A stretch of DNA of 64,000 nt from Hydrolagus affinis (GCA_012026655.1 JAAILG010000077.1:62001-126000), one strand, 5' to 3'. Positions 41,806-53,952 are shown, counted from the first letter of the stretch. Program-made: numbers and translations. Notes: generated by a model not told the origin, from the letters alone.

Positions 41806-44800
41806 CAGTATTTTGGAGGAATGATTGAGGAATTAGACATTCAAGTAACATTCCTTCTAGCTAACGTGTTTTACGAATAAGCCACTCAGATTTTTTCCAG
41901 AAGGACATCTCCACAGTCAAGTGTTCATTATTTTATGTATAACAACCACTTAGTGCCTTGACATCTGCATCTTTTGACATGCATTTTTATTTGCTTCTGT
42001 TTCTAATTGTTGTGGCCTTGCAAGCCCTGATCCCGGCAAAGACAAATGAGTTTGGAATGTGTGTGCCTTGCGACTGCTCACTTGGTGTAAGCAGTCAAAC
42101 TAAAATGCTGAAATTAGCAGAATGGAGATTAACTCCAAGAAAGAACCCCAAAGAATACAGATCATGACATTGCTGAGAAAGAACAGCTGGTGAAGAACAC
42201 ACCAGTAGCATTCGGTTTTCTTCCACTACCTAACATATGTGTTTAGCACAGATAATAGCCATGGCACTTTCCCTCACATTAGAACCCTGTTTAACCTACT
42301 ACGTCAAAGCTATAAAACATTGCTTGTATTTATAAAAGAGCAGTGTGTCAGAAGTGCAAACCAAGGTTTATTTCATAATAGTATCATTTGTCATTAGCAT
42401 GCAAACCATTAAGGTACATTCAAATTGTTTAAATGCTCCTATGCTAATTCTACCAGTGAACTTTGTCACTCCATTTATGTTCAGTTTAAACACCATAAAA
42501 TCTCATCAGGTGATTTAGAGTTGCAACAGATGTTAATTTAGTTTCCGCTAGAGTTGAACTGTATCTTGAACTGAAGAGCCACCAACTGCTTAAGGTGTAT
42601 ATGTAGAAACCCCAAAAAGTAAGATTTTGCTCTACTAATTGTTTGTAGTATGCATGCATTACACTTTTTTATAATACATTTTTAACGAGCTGTTAATGTG
42701 TTTTTCAATCTCCCCATTTACAGAAATGAAGAATGGAGGGAGCCTTTTATGAAGATTTAAATTCACCAACTCAGATTTTGTTTTCTTTGCGCCACGGGTG
42801 GGTTTGTTCGGGATATTTGCCTAAGATGCAAGTTATTTTCATTTTCACTTATCTGGTTCTTGTGAATGTTTCCGCGACTATTATTTCATGGCCACGTCCT
42901 CCTTTGCTGTTAAAAAAATGCTGCCCAAATTATTTTGTGAATGCTTGAATTTTATTAAAATTCATCAAAACACATTGTGCAGAATAAGGTTTATGCACTT
43001 TCTTCCACACCATGACCATCACAGGTTGAAATATCATTGGTATTTAACTGTTGTGGGCTACGCTATGTGTAATGTAAGGTGCATACTCCATTGCCCGGAG
43101 CAAAGGTTAAAATTGCATGTTTCGCAACACAAGTCAATGTGGGAGCAATGGCACTGGATCCCAGCATTGGTGACACAAAACTCCATTTACGTTGGACTTA
43201 CTTAACCAACTGGACTGGAGAAAACTGCAGGTGAGGCACGTGGCAGATGATCGCTATCTAACCAAAGAATTCCATTAAACGTTAGTCATTAAATCTAAAA
43301 TCCAAGGCCGTACAAGCCAAAGATTTCCACTCGCTAAAAGGAGAACAAAAAGTAGAGTGAGTCCAAGTAACAATCAAACCTTGAGTGAAGTCATGTCTTT
43401 CTCAGCACATCCCTCCCCCACACCCGTTGACTTGCATTCATTATAAATTACTTCCCTGATGTCCTGAGGTCAAGCTCCTGCTTGACCCCAAAAGGACGGT
43501 TACACAATGTGAATTGGACTGATGTCAAGCTGAGTCACTGACTTTTGACTGGGTCGTATTTGGTTGCTTTCTACAATGCTGAAATAAAAGTACTGTGAAT
43601 AGGCAAGGGCTGCAGCCGGCTTACCTCCTCATCTGCCACAGTATATAGCTTAAAAGGATGTTTGGAAGTGAGAGTGGCTCTGAAGAGGAAAGAGGAACAT
43701 TTCATTTGTTTGAAAGAAATCACCTCAGGTGGCCGTAAGTGAATAATTTATAGGCAGCATTTTTTGGGGGGGAATTAAAACGAGAAATTATCACAACTGT
43801 TCAGATTGCGCACTTGTGCCCCTGACAATAATGCAAATATGAAGTTCGGTTACATCAACAACAACATAATTACATTTATAGAGCGCCTTTCACGTCGGGA
43901 GGACGTCCCAAGGCGCAGGACATCAGGGCAAGATAAATAACTTTTATGAAGCACTTTCAAATGTCTTCCCAATGTGGAAGGTGCTATATAAATGTGAATT
44001 GTTGGTCGTCTGAATACCTGTAGCTCAAAAGTGAAAGGTTTTGAGTGAGTAACACCGTAGAGGATACAGATCACTGTATTTGTTTGGAAGTAGGGGGGAG
44101 GAAAAGTTTGATTCCACCAGCAGGAGTTTACCAGTCAGCAAAGTTCTGTACGCCCCCATCATCTGTTATCAATGCTCCTTGCACATCTATGTCAATAGCG
44201 TTCAATGTTCATAATAATGAGTCGGAGACATGCCATTGCCCACTGTGAAAATATCAAAAATAATGGATCTGAAAATCTGAGAAACGCAATGTATGATTTC
44301 TACTTTGAATGCATATTATTATACATAGTGAAATAACTTACATTTTTGAGGGATTAGGAAACTCTTTCTTTCCCATCTCTTTCCTATTGGTTTCCATTTG
44401 CATGTGCAATCCATATCCGTGAAAATAGGCCTCATTCCAACGCTGATAGATGGTGAAAGCAGTTAAGGGCGAGGAAGTGTTGTGCTCAGTGCTTTCCCAC
44501 ATTGTACAGCTGGTAGAAGGAATTCAGTGGGTGGGAAACTATAGGTACAGACAAGCATCCAAGCACACAGTAACTTTAGCTAACGATACCATTAAGACAA
44601 ATTTCAAAATTTCAAAATTACAGTTTGTCTTCTTTTATGCTCTACATTAGCAATTACCAATTGTAGGTCTATCTAAACACCCAAAAAACTGTACAGTAAA
44701 CAGGAGCAGACATTAGATTTTCCAGCTGCAAACCAGACCATTTGTTGACCTGTCAATGATGGCCACAGCTAATAAAATATTTATTTGGCACAGCTGCAAG

Positions 44801-46569
44801 GCGCTGCCGAAGAGTGCTTTCCTATCAGAGCGGAGGTTTAAACCAGTTCTAAATAATGACAGCATGACTCTGTACCTCAAAAACATGTACTATTTCAACT
44901 AGACATCATGCCTTACTAATGGCGCGACTAATTGTGTTTTCGTTTTGCACTAGAGTTGCCCTATTGTCACTGAATTCTGTCTGTAATTATGTAGTCACGT
45001 TCATTCCAGTTACATAGAGAGTTTTGAATTCCTAATGCATTGCTTGAAGATTATTGGAGAATAATTAAAATAATATTGTAAAATTGTAAAAGGTTGGAAA
45101 GTTTCCCTCTATGTCGTCTAAAGCCTTGCCAATGACCTCCAATCTCTTCATCATTTTCTTGTTGTGCTAAAGGACAGCACTCTTAACTTAAATTAAAATC
45201 CACGCCGTGGTATTTATTTTAAAACAACTGGCAGAAATCAACTGGGAATCACAAGGTTGGAAGTTGCAAATCACAAGGTTGGAACAGTTTTTAGAAGTTG
45301 GAAATCTTTTCAAATGAGTGTGCACTACCTTCATTCCATAAAGAAAACATCTGTCAGTGATTGTATTAATGTGCTGATTGAATTTGACAGGGTTGCACCA
45401 ACAGGACTGACAGCACAATCCCAAAAATGCTAGAGAAATTCGAAGCCAAGTTTCCTATTAGTCTGATGACAGCCTTCTTCCCAATCTTTTGCAATATTGC
45501 TATGTGCCTTCTCTGACCTTTTCCAAAATTAAATCCTTCTTTATGATAACCGAATAGGTTACAAACCCAACCCTAAACTGTGAATTATATTACAGTGCAT
45601 GCAAGTATTAGCTTTGTCTAACAATTGTTTATATTTGTTATCCGAGGTTTATACAGTTTTTTAAATAATGTGCTACAGTATTTCACAGATGAAGCAATGA
45701 TGACACAATTCTACCTCTGTTGATTCCATATGTAGCCAAAACTAGCCTGCCTTAGATCATCGCCTGGTGCTCATAGAAGGTGACACCAAAATTGTTTTAT
45801 CTATTTATTTTTTCTTTTCAAGTAATGACATTTTCTATCTAAATCATTTACTTCCATCGAGTTGAAACTATTGATACAAGAAGATGTTTTCTTTATTTTT
45901 CTAATGCTAAGAAAATGTTTTTACAGTGATGGTGCCAGCTTTATAAGGTGAAGATATGTATCGAACTACATTATAATTCTGAATGTTTTCCCTCAGTAAT
46001 GCACAGGAGTATAAATATTGGAACTTTAGCAGGTGAAGTTACTGCAGTAACACTGCGGCCAAATATCACATGAAGGCAGCATAAGGAAAATACCGACTTA
46101 CTGCTGTAATGTAAAAACAATTGAACTTTGCAAAATAGATGTTGTATCACTAATGTCTACAAGAGAGCCATTGTGTAAATGATGTTTAGTGCAAAAGGAA
46201 TTTTAATAACCTGTCAGATTAAATCATAGAACATCAGCTATCTACATTTTAATGAAAGTTTAGTGTGGTCACATAGCTTTCGTCTGGTATGACTTATTTA
46301 TATTAATTGAATATAGTTATTCTATACCCATTCATCCATAACTGATTTTAACACAACAAAGCTAACAGATACTGACGTACGGAATTCAGAAACATCCCAC
46401 ACAAACTAACAGAGAAATCATACACACATCTTGGCAGCATAGCTGTTTATGAAACAGCTGAAACAAAAAAACATCTTCCTTTTCCTTATTTATGTTGGAA
46501 AAGGGATATGTGTACTGTTCAACTAGATGAAAGCAAAGAGATAAAGCTAAAGTGATATAAATCATTGGT

Positions 46570-46812
46570 TACCCTGAAGTTAGAATACTAGGCCAAGTAT
46601 GAGGAGAATTGTTTTCATGCACAGAGTGGTTAGGATATGGAATGCCCTTCTGGGAGCTGTAGTTGAGACAGAATCCATATTGGCATTCAAGAGGGAATTA
46701 GACAAATACCTTAAAAAGAGTCAGCTATAGGGATATGGGGAAAGGGCAGGGAAAATGAACAGAAACGATTTACTCTTGAGGTAGCCAACACAAACTAATT
46801 CTATGGTTCTAT
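46570..46812 (+). mobile_element. CR1 3' end
   Basis: Reads RVVRIWNAL...FKRELDKYL; ends TTCTATGGTTCTAT. Confidence 0.88.
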
Positions 46813-48111
46813 AGGTGTCCTTTTGAAACAGAAACTTTAGCTTATATATTGCTAATTATGTTCAAGCTTGCATGTGCTAAACAACAACTTGCATTTATAT
46901 ATATATATACCAAATAAAATAGGACTGACTAATAAATTGACAATGCAAGTGGATTTATATATTATCTTGTTAAGATAATGTCCTATCATTCAGGGACAGC
47001 ATCAATTTGTACATAAATGGTGTATAATTACCTGTATTACAACCATTTTGCATAGATCTCTTCTCAGTGCTTACATAAAATAGTTCTGTATACATCTATT
47101 GCACAATAATGACCTCTGTATAACCAGGCCTCATTGTGCATACACGGGTGGAAGAAAGCAAAAAGATTTCTGCTTCTTATTAATCCATGCAAGAAGTAAA
47201 CACCATTGTTATTGCAATCTGAAATGAGTGGGTGGATGCAAGGTGGATATGAATATTGTCACAATATTGACAGTTTTATTTGTGGTTTTCGTTTTTGCTT
47301 AACTAAGATTAGTGTCGGAAATCATTCATCGCTCAGTCCTTGTTAGCACAAAATGTAAAGTCAGTTTCCTCTTCCTAAGTGCTGCCTCCAAAATAATACA
47401 GAAAGAAGGGTGAAAACGTTATTTCCTTGTTGCATTTCCTTTGCAGCCACTATGCCCCCAAACTCTGGAACACTTTCCTTCAATCCCTCTCAAACAGCAA
47501 AGTCATAATTGGAGATTATATCACTCGGATTTTTCTGATTAGTTATTGTTGAAACTAGAAATGTTTCCAAATGGTTAAACACAAATGTAACAAAGACTCT
47601 TAAGCGCTCCTCTGGTTTCGGCTTCGGGGTATCGGTTAGGAATGGGTACATTTATTCAGGAGTCCTCAAACTGAGACAAATCCAGCCCCATCTGCCACTT
47701 CACAATACTCTATTCAAATAAATTTTGCTCCAATTCAGTATGCAGTATGCCAGCCATAAGCTACATGAAACTGAAACAAACTCAGACAATTGTTTGCAGT
47801 CAGACAATTGGCCTCTGCTCATTGCAGCACAGCTGAGATGGAGAATGTAGTCTGTAAGCTCAGCCCTGTGTCTCCCTGCTCAGTTGCACTGTGCATTGTT
47901 TTTCCAGTGTGTAAGTGCCACCGTCCTGTCAGTTTTCATGCTAAACAGCTTTTCACCCTGTGTATCCGAATGATCTTACATTTTACTGCTGCCTCCAGCA
48001 GAGCATTTACTGCCTCTTCAACACTAATTGGTTATTGAATTCATGCCTTTTCATGGGACTTCGCTGGCACATGCCGAAACCATCATCATATATAAGAGCA
48101 TCCAAACCAAC

Positions 48112-48790
48112 ATCAACCACAACAAAATTACATTTGTATAGCACCTTTCACATCAGGAGGATGTCCCAAAGCGCTGAACATTCGGTGTATCAGACCCGAG
48201 CCGGGGTCAGGATCGGGGATGGTGGAAAGGAAGGAGGGGAAGTGGGGTGTGCCCAACTTCATATCATACGCAATTTGTGATTGGTACTGAGTTAACTGTC
48301 ACCTCGACCAGATGTCGGTTAACTCAGTACCAATCACAAATCGACCCAGTATGTTCCATTTTCATAAAGAGCCATTATTAGAGAGTTCGCTTGTTTGCAC
48401 AAAAATAATTTTCTGATAGAAATACAATCTTCACATTACAACAAATTACAACAACAACGACTTACACTTATATAGCGCTTTCCACTGCGGGTAGCATCTC
48501 AGAGTGATTAACAGTGGCAGAGCCCGGCTCTGAGCCGGGGTGGGGGAGGGGAGGGTTTCGGGGAGGTGGCCGTAAGCAAAGTCAAAGGGGAAGATTTTCA
48601 GGCGGGACTTCAAAAGGGGCACAGAGAGGAGCAAGGCGGAGGGATTGACGGAAAGTGTTTCAGAGTTTGGGGACGTAGTGGCTGAAAGTACGACCTCCAA
48701 TGGTAGGGTGGTGTATTGGGGTGTGAGGAGGTTGAAGAGGTAGGGAGGTGCCAGGGAGTGGATGGATTTGCATACGAGTGTAAGGATCTT
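48112..48790 (-). mobile_element. Two L2 3' fragments (48112-48250 and 48445-48790)
   Basis: (CAA)n-led tails; LKSRLKIFPF resembles the L2 terminus. Confidence 0.75.
48273..48341. repeat. Perfect inverted repeat, 24-bp arms, 21-nt spacer
   Basis: ATTTGTGATTGGTACTGAGTTAAC ... GTTAACTCAGTACCAATCACAAAT. Confidence 0.97.
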
Positions 48791-49399
48791 GAAGACAAAC
48801 TAAAATAATTCAAAAGGTGTCCCACAAATATAACAACCAGTGTAAACTACTTCAAGAAACATCTTAATTCAAACCTATAAATTACTTGAACTAATAGATT
48901 TTTCAGTTGAATGGGAGCTGTAGATTGAGTGTCGCACCAACTCCTTAATGTAAATTAATGGAATTTCCCATTATATGTGCATATCGAAAGAAAAATTTGT
49001 TACACTAAAGGCAATGTAGAAGAATAACTACCATTCACATAACAGAAAAAAAATCCTTTTTTATTCCAGGAAAAAACCCTGGATTCATTGCTTCATGAAA
49101 GCACGATTTCAATGAGAGATTGTAAAAATGTAAATTTCTGTGAAGACCGCAGATGTTGGACTGGCTGACAACTCATCATCCTGATAAAAGCTTTGCTGCC
49201 ATTTATTTACAACCGTGGATAGAATCATGAAAGGGAAGGCATTAGAGTTTTGGGAACCTTTCTGAAAGACATTTAAAGTCACATTTAAAAATACTGAATT
49301 TGACCCATCATGGAATTTTAGCGCAGAAGGAGCCCATTGTGTCGATGCTACTGCTACTAAATTACCCTCTTTTTTCAAATAAATAATCCTACTTTCAAT

Positions 49400-49935
49400 G
49401 CTTTTTGAAGCCCAGATGTTTATCCAATTCCCTTTTGAATTATTACATTGATCCGGCCTCAAACATCACCTGTGGCAATGAATTTCAAACCCTACAGAAT
49501 TTTCTGATTGAGGAAATTCCTTCTAACTTCCTCCCCCCCACACCCCTCCATTATTCTGCTTCAAAACCTACATCTCACATAAATTGCCCAGCACCTTCCT
49601 TTTCATGGACTCAGTGCCCCACGTGTTCTGGGGAGAAAGATTCTGCATAGATAGTCCCCGAACCCAAAAGGTAATCCAGAAAAAATTGCAAAACAGTACA
49701 CTATTCAAACTGTTAAGAACTATAAGTTGTGTTGCCCTCCTCTGAATCCCATTCAATGTCCTTTTGAAAGTAGGCTGCCAGCACCATGCAAAATGATTCA
49801 AATGTGGCCTCAGCGATAATCTATACAAGATTAGAATGACTTCTTTCAATTTATAGTTAAATCCCCTAAAGATGCAACCTAGTGTTTGATTCGCTTTGAG
49901 GATAGAAACTTCACATTGACTGGAGACTTTCAGTG
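49400..49935 (-). mobile_element. Degenerate CR1 ORF2 fragment
   Basis: LYRLSLRPHL...W.P...GIQRRATQLI resembles CR1 LY.SLVRPHLEY...QRRATK. Confidence 0.8.
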
Positions 49936-49944
49936 AATGATCAA

Positions 49945-50635
49945 GGAAGAAAAATCAGCAGGGCTCCCGCTCTGCATCACTCCCGCTGGAACTTGCTCTT
50001 GGGTGCACTTTGTGTAAGTACATGGTCAGGCTTGGCTATGATGTTGAATAACACAGTTGAATAAGCTTGCCAACATTCACTGACTAAGCGCATATATAAA
50101 GAATGCACATTTTCATTTTCCATTCTGTAGTTTAACTGAAACTCTTCCCACTACACCAGTGGACCTAAACACTGATATTTTTAATGATGGGGGAGAAAAA
50201 TAGCAAATTATCAAATAATAACATTTAGACCAAGAACCTTTCAAAAGATAGAAGTACTGTTTTAACATTAGAATTGATTGATCCTGCTCATGTTCTCAAT
50301 TGTTAGCTGAGTAGATAAATCCGGCCAGTCTCTAATTTGATCTCTGGTCTGTTGAGTTAGTTCACTTTGCTGAAATTGTGGGTTCTACAATGGCTTCATT
50401 GCTTCTAAGCTAAGGAGGAGATTTTCAGCAATGGTTTCCAGCTCTGGGTCATTATTGCTGGAGAATCTTTGTGATGGACTTCAAGTGAGACTGGATCAGG
50501 TTTGGTTTGTGATGCCCTCCAGGGCTCAAATAGTCTGTTGACACTCACTCACTGGATTTGCACATGAAAAAGGCCATTGGGTCGAGATACCAGATGGCTG
50601 TGAGTGCCTGTTGACCATACGCCAGAAAAAGTTAC
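49945..50635 (+). mobile_element. Two AmnSINE2-like ancient SINE fragments (49945-50108, 50345-50635)
   Basis: The fragments resemble each other and the recalled consensus GGCTGTGATGCCCTCC...AATAGCCTGCCGACACTCACTG...CACATGAAGAATGGCCA. Confidence 0.55.
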
Positions 50636-51150
50636 TTCAGAAGAATGGAAAAAGAGGGAAAAAATTATCAAATAAAAAAAATCACAACTGTTTATTTTCT
50701 CTTACATGTGCTTTTTTTTAAAATGCTATTTGAATTCACAATAGTTTCAGGGAATTACTAAGCATGTTTTTTTGGAATGGGTAGAGAAAGTAAGATAGAA
50801 TATAGTTTTAAATTGAATTTGACTCCCGTGATCTTTTTGCTGGTTTTCCTGTTAATAAATTCTGCTGAAACATATTTGTAGCGTTCCAGTATCCCAACTG
50901 CTTGAAATGGTTTCAACTAAGACGTCTCTATAACTGTCTCACAGCGCCACCATGAGGACTAGAAACCAATGTGCAAGGGAACTTCAAAGATCATTGTGGT
51001 TGGTGAGTTCAAGAAACAACCACTGATAAATAACCATGACCGCTGAAAACTTCCATGTCCCTGGCAATGAGGATTTAGTGATGATAAAATACAGTACAGC
51101 TGAGCAATGCTCCATGATGCACAATGAGTTTGTCTAAAGGTTTGAATCCT

Positions 51151-51452
51151 GAGTCTTGCAGCTCAGTGGTTGGCTTACAAGCGAGAGGCATGGGTTCATT
51201 TCCAGGCAGGGTGAAACCTTGGGCGAGCTTCCTTAGTTCACTCGCCCGATAATAATCCCTCGAAACAAAATAATAATAATAATAAATTGGTCATTTCAAT
51301 CCACGGCTGTTTAGGGGACACTACTGTACGCAATTAGCTGCCATGTTTCGTCCACCTATATATACAGTTAATTTACTTCACAGTATATTCTGTGCTTTGA
51401 GATGTCTAGAAGCTGTGAAAAGCACTATATCAAATGCAAGGATTATTATTAT
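51151..51452 (+). mobile_element. tRNA-derived SINE
   Basis: Same family with small internal deletions. Confidence 0.92.
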
Positions 51453-52444
51453 ACTATACAACAGGGGTGGAATATTACTATATGTCTTATTGATATTTCA
51501 CACAGAGGATCATAGCCTCTGTCAATACAAAATTGTGGCTGTAATTTTTCCGTGAAATCCACTTTGAACACCTATAAAATATAGTTTCTGGCCCTGGGCC
51601 TCTGTGTTACCCACCCTCACGGTGGGAGGGGCAGGTAAAACAACTGCAGAGCAACAGCCCTGTGAGAGACAAGGCACCAATACCAGCTGAAGTCAAAGGC
51701 AGAGAGTGGACCTGCTATAGACACCCTCGCACAGGGAGGCCGGTGGCGACACGGACCTGGGAGGAGCCCCCAATGTCACTGCGGGCGGCCGGGCGGGCGG
51801 GTGGACAGGCGGGAGAGCCCGTGCTGCGCCCCGAGACGCCGTCCGGCGTGGAGGGCGCTATATAAATTAAAGTTGTTGTTGTTGTTGTGGTTGTCGTTGA
51901 GACGGGTTTACCCAACAAATAATCATAATGCTAACAATCCTTCCATTTGCCACAGCGCCTTATCGCGTCTTCGAGACATGCCTCGAAGCGCTTCACAGAA
52001 CAACGGCAACGATACAATTACTTTTCGTAGAGCGGCCACAAAATATATCCGGTCGATTGAAGCGTTTCGAGCCGTCTCAAAGACAAACACACACACATAT
52101 AAAACACAGATATAGACAGACACACACACACACACACACAACGTGCCCCATACACGGCCACTTCACCCTCACCACACACACACACACACACGGACATGCA
52201 TACTCACAGACATACAAACAGACATAGAGACACACACACAGACACATACAGACAAACACATACAGACGCAGACATGCACACACATACAAACATACAGAGA
52301 CACTCCATTTGACACAGCCACATAAGGCGCTGTGGCAAATGGAGTGATAAATTTAATTCTAAATTTAATTTTAAATTTAATTGATATTAAATTTAATTCA
52401 CATTCTTATTAATATGTGAGGTTGGGGTGTGGGCTGGTGTTGGG

Positions 52445-52452
52445 TGACGTCA
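52445..52452. promoter_or_regulatory. Full palindromic CRE (TGACGTCA)
   Basis: Exact CREB/ATF consensus about 180 bp upstream of the BRD7 ATG. Confidence 0.6.
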
Positions 52453-52632
52453 TGAGCCCCCTCCTCCCCCCCCCCAATCCCCTTTGAGTCTGAGGGTTGA
52501 CTGATCGACTGTGTCTGCTCTCGACCTGAAGGGTCTGAGCTCGTGCCTGGGATGGGGGAGGGGGAGAAGTTGATCGGTGTATCGGCGTTCGCTGCTCTCT
52601 CCTGGGCCGGGCTGGGGGACAGACAGAGAGAA

Positions 52633-52681
52633 ATGGGCAAAAAACACAAGAGACACAAGGCGGACAAACAGTTACTGGAGG
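52633..52681 (+). CDS. BRD7: BRD7 coding exon 1 (MGKKHKRHKADKQLLE, phase 1 end)
   Basis: ATG at 52633; peptide matches the BRD7 N-terminus (human MGKKHKKHKSDKHLYE); donor G|GTAAGA at 52682; lies in the GC/CpG-rich region. Confidence 0.96.
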
Positions 52682-53952
52682 GTAAGAGACCAGCACCGGG
52701 GGCCATCTGCACCCCCTCCCCCCCCCCCTCCACCCACCCAACCCCGTCTCCCTCCCTCCCCACCCACCCACCGGAGGCCCCGGTCCAGCCCGCGGCCTGT
52801 CCTGCTGTTCATAGCCGGGACTCAGGCCTGGCCTCTCCGCCTGGCTCCGTGCTCACCTCGGGAGGAGCCTGAGGCCTGGGAGGGGAGCCTGTCAGTCTAT
52901 GTGTGTGTGTGTGTGTGTGTGTGTGGGGGGGTGAGGGTGAACTGGCCCTGTGCGGCTCGCTCTGTAGGTGTATGCATGTCTGCGTCTGTATGTGTTTGTC
53001 TGTGTGTGTCTGTGTGTGTGTCTCTATGTCTGTTTGTATGTCTGTGAGTATCCATGTCCGTGTGTGTGTGTGTGGTGAGGGTGAAGTGGCCGTGTATGGG
53101 GCACGTTTTGTGTGTGTGTGTGTCTGTCTATATCTGTGTTTTATATGTGTGTGTATCTGTCTATTTGTCTGTATGTGTGTATCTATATGTGTGTCTGTCT
53201 GTCTATCTATCTGTATGTGTGTGTGTATCTATATGTGTGTGTGTGTGTGTGTATGCTGAGGGTGAAGTGGCTCCGATAACTCCCACTCAGCTCCTGTGTG
53301 AACCCTGTAAGCTAAAGCCCTAAAGGGTAGGGTGGTCCTACAACGACGACGACAACAACAACTTGCATTTATACAGCGCAGAGTAGCGCCCCAGAGCGCT
53401 TGGCAGTGGCAGAGAAGCAGCGGAGAAGTTTGCCAGACAGTGGCATCAGCGGCAAGCTGTGAGGTTTCAGCTGGTTAGACTCCCAACCCACACACTGGGG
53501 GTGTCAAGCCATGGGCACTTGCCAACCTGCAGCTAATAATTCCTGGAATTAGGAAAGCCGGATGTCCCTCCGGGGGGGTGGGGTGGGGGGGGTGGGGGGG
53601 TAGAGAGTGTGTGAGCATTTCATTCCTGCAATCCTTCCGGGATTTCCATGTGTACGTTGGGCGAATTGAAACCTCGGATGTTCTCTTAAGCGCGGCGATG
53701 GGGTCGTGTCAGACACCCACCCAGACAGCTGACGAGACACAAACAGAAGAAGCGTCTCGCTGCGTGTGTATGATACGGTGCCTCCTCACTGTGTGTGTTG
53801 ACGATCACCGATGAACGAATAATAGTTTGCGTCGAGAATCTGACGGAACCGTTCACAACATTCTCAGAACGCGCTGTTGCAATCTCTCCTCATAATATTC
53901 TATTCTCTCCCTCCCAGTGTCATCAGCCAGTGCTGTGCTTTCTCACAGCCCA

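Larger units (their letters stand above)
52089..53154. repeat. ~190-bp inverted repeat pair (52089-52278 and 52973-53154), CA/GT-rich compound microsatellite with unique anchors
   Basis: ACGTGCCCCATACACGGCCACTTCACCCTCACCA versus TGGTGAGGGTGAAGTGGCCGTGTATGGGGCACGT; flanking interruptions also match. Confidence 0.95.
51700..53850. promoter_or_regulatory. CpG-rich promoter region of BRD7
   Basis: Sharp rise in GC and CpG relative to the rest of the window; GGGCGG boxes near 51783-51800; contains exon 1. Confidence 0.85.

Noticed and set aside
50938-50958. CTCF-like site CAGCGCCACCATGAGGA (also GCCGCTAGATGCCACC near 55192)
   Set aside because: Mismatches at core positions; not supportable without ChIP or PWM scoring
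1-51000. NKD1 coding exons
   Set aside because: No MGKLHSK-like or EF-hand exon was seen; the synteny is only an expectation
51923-53323. Several Cys/Val- or His/Thr-rich ORFs
   Set aside because: Translations of CA/GT microsatellites
53572-53600. G-run cluster in BRD7 intron 1 (also the C-runs at 52711-52772)
   Set aside because: G-quadruplex-capable but commonplace near first exons, and homopolymer lengths may be unreliable
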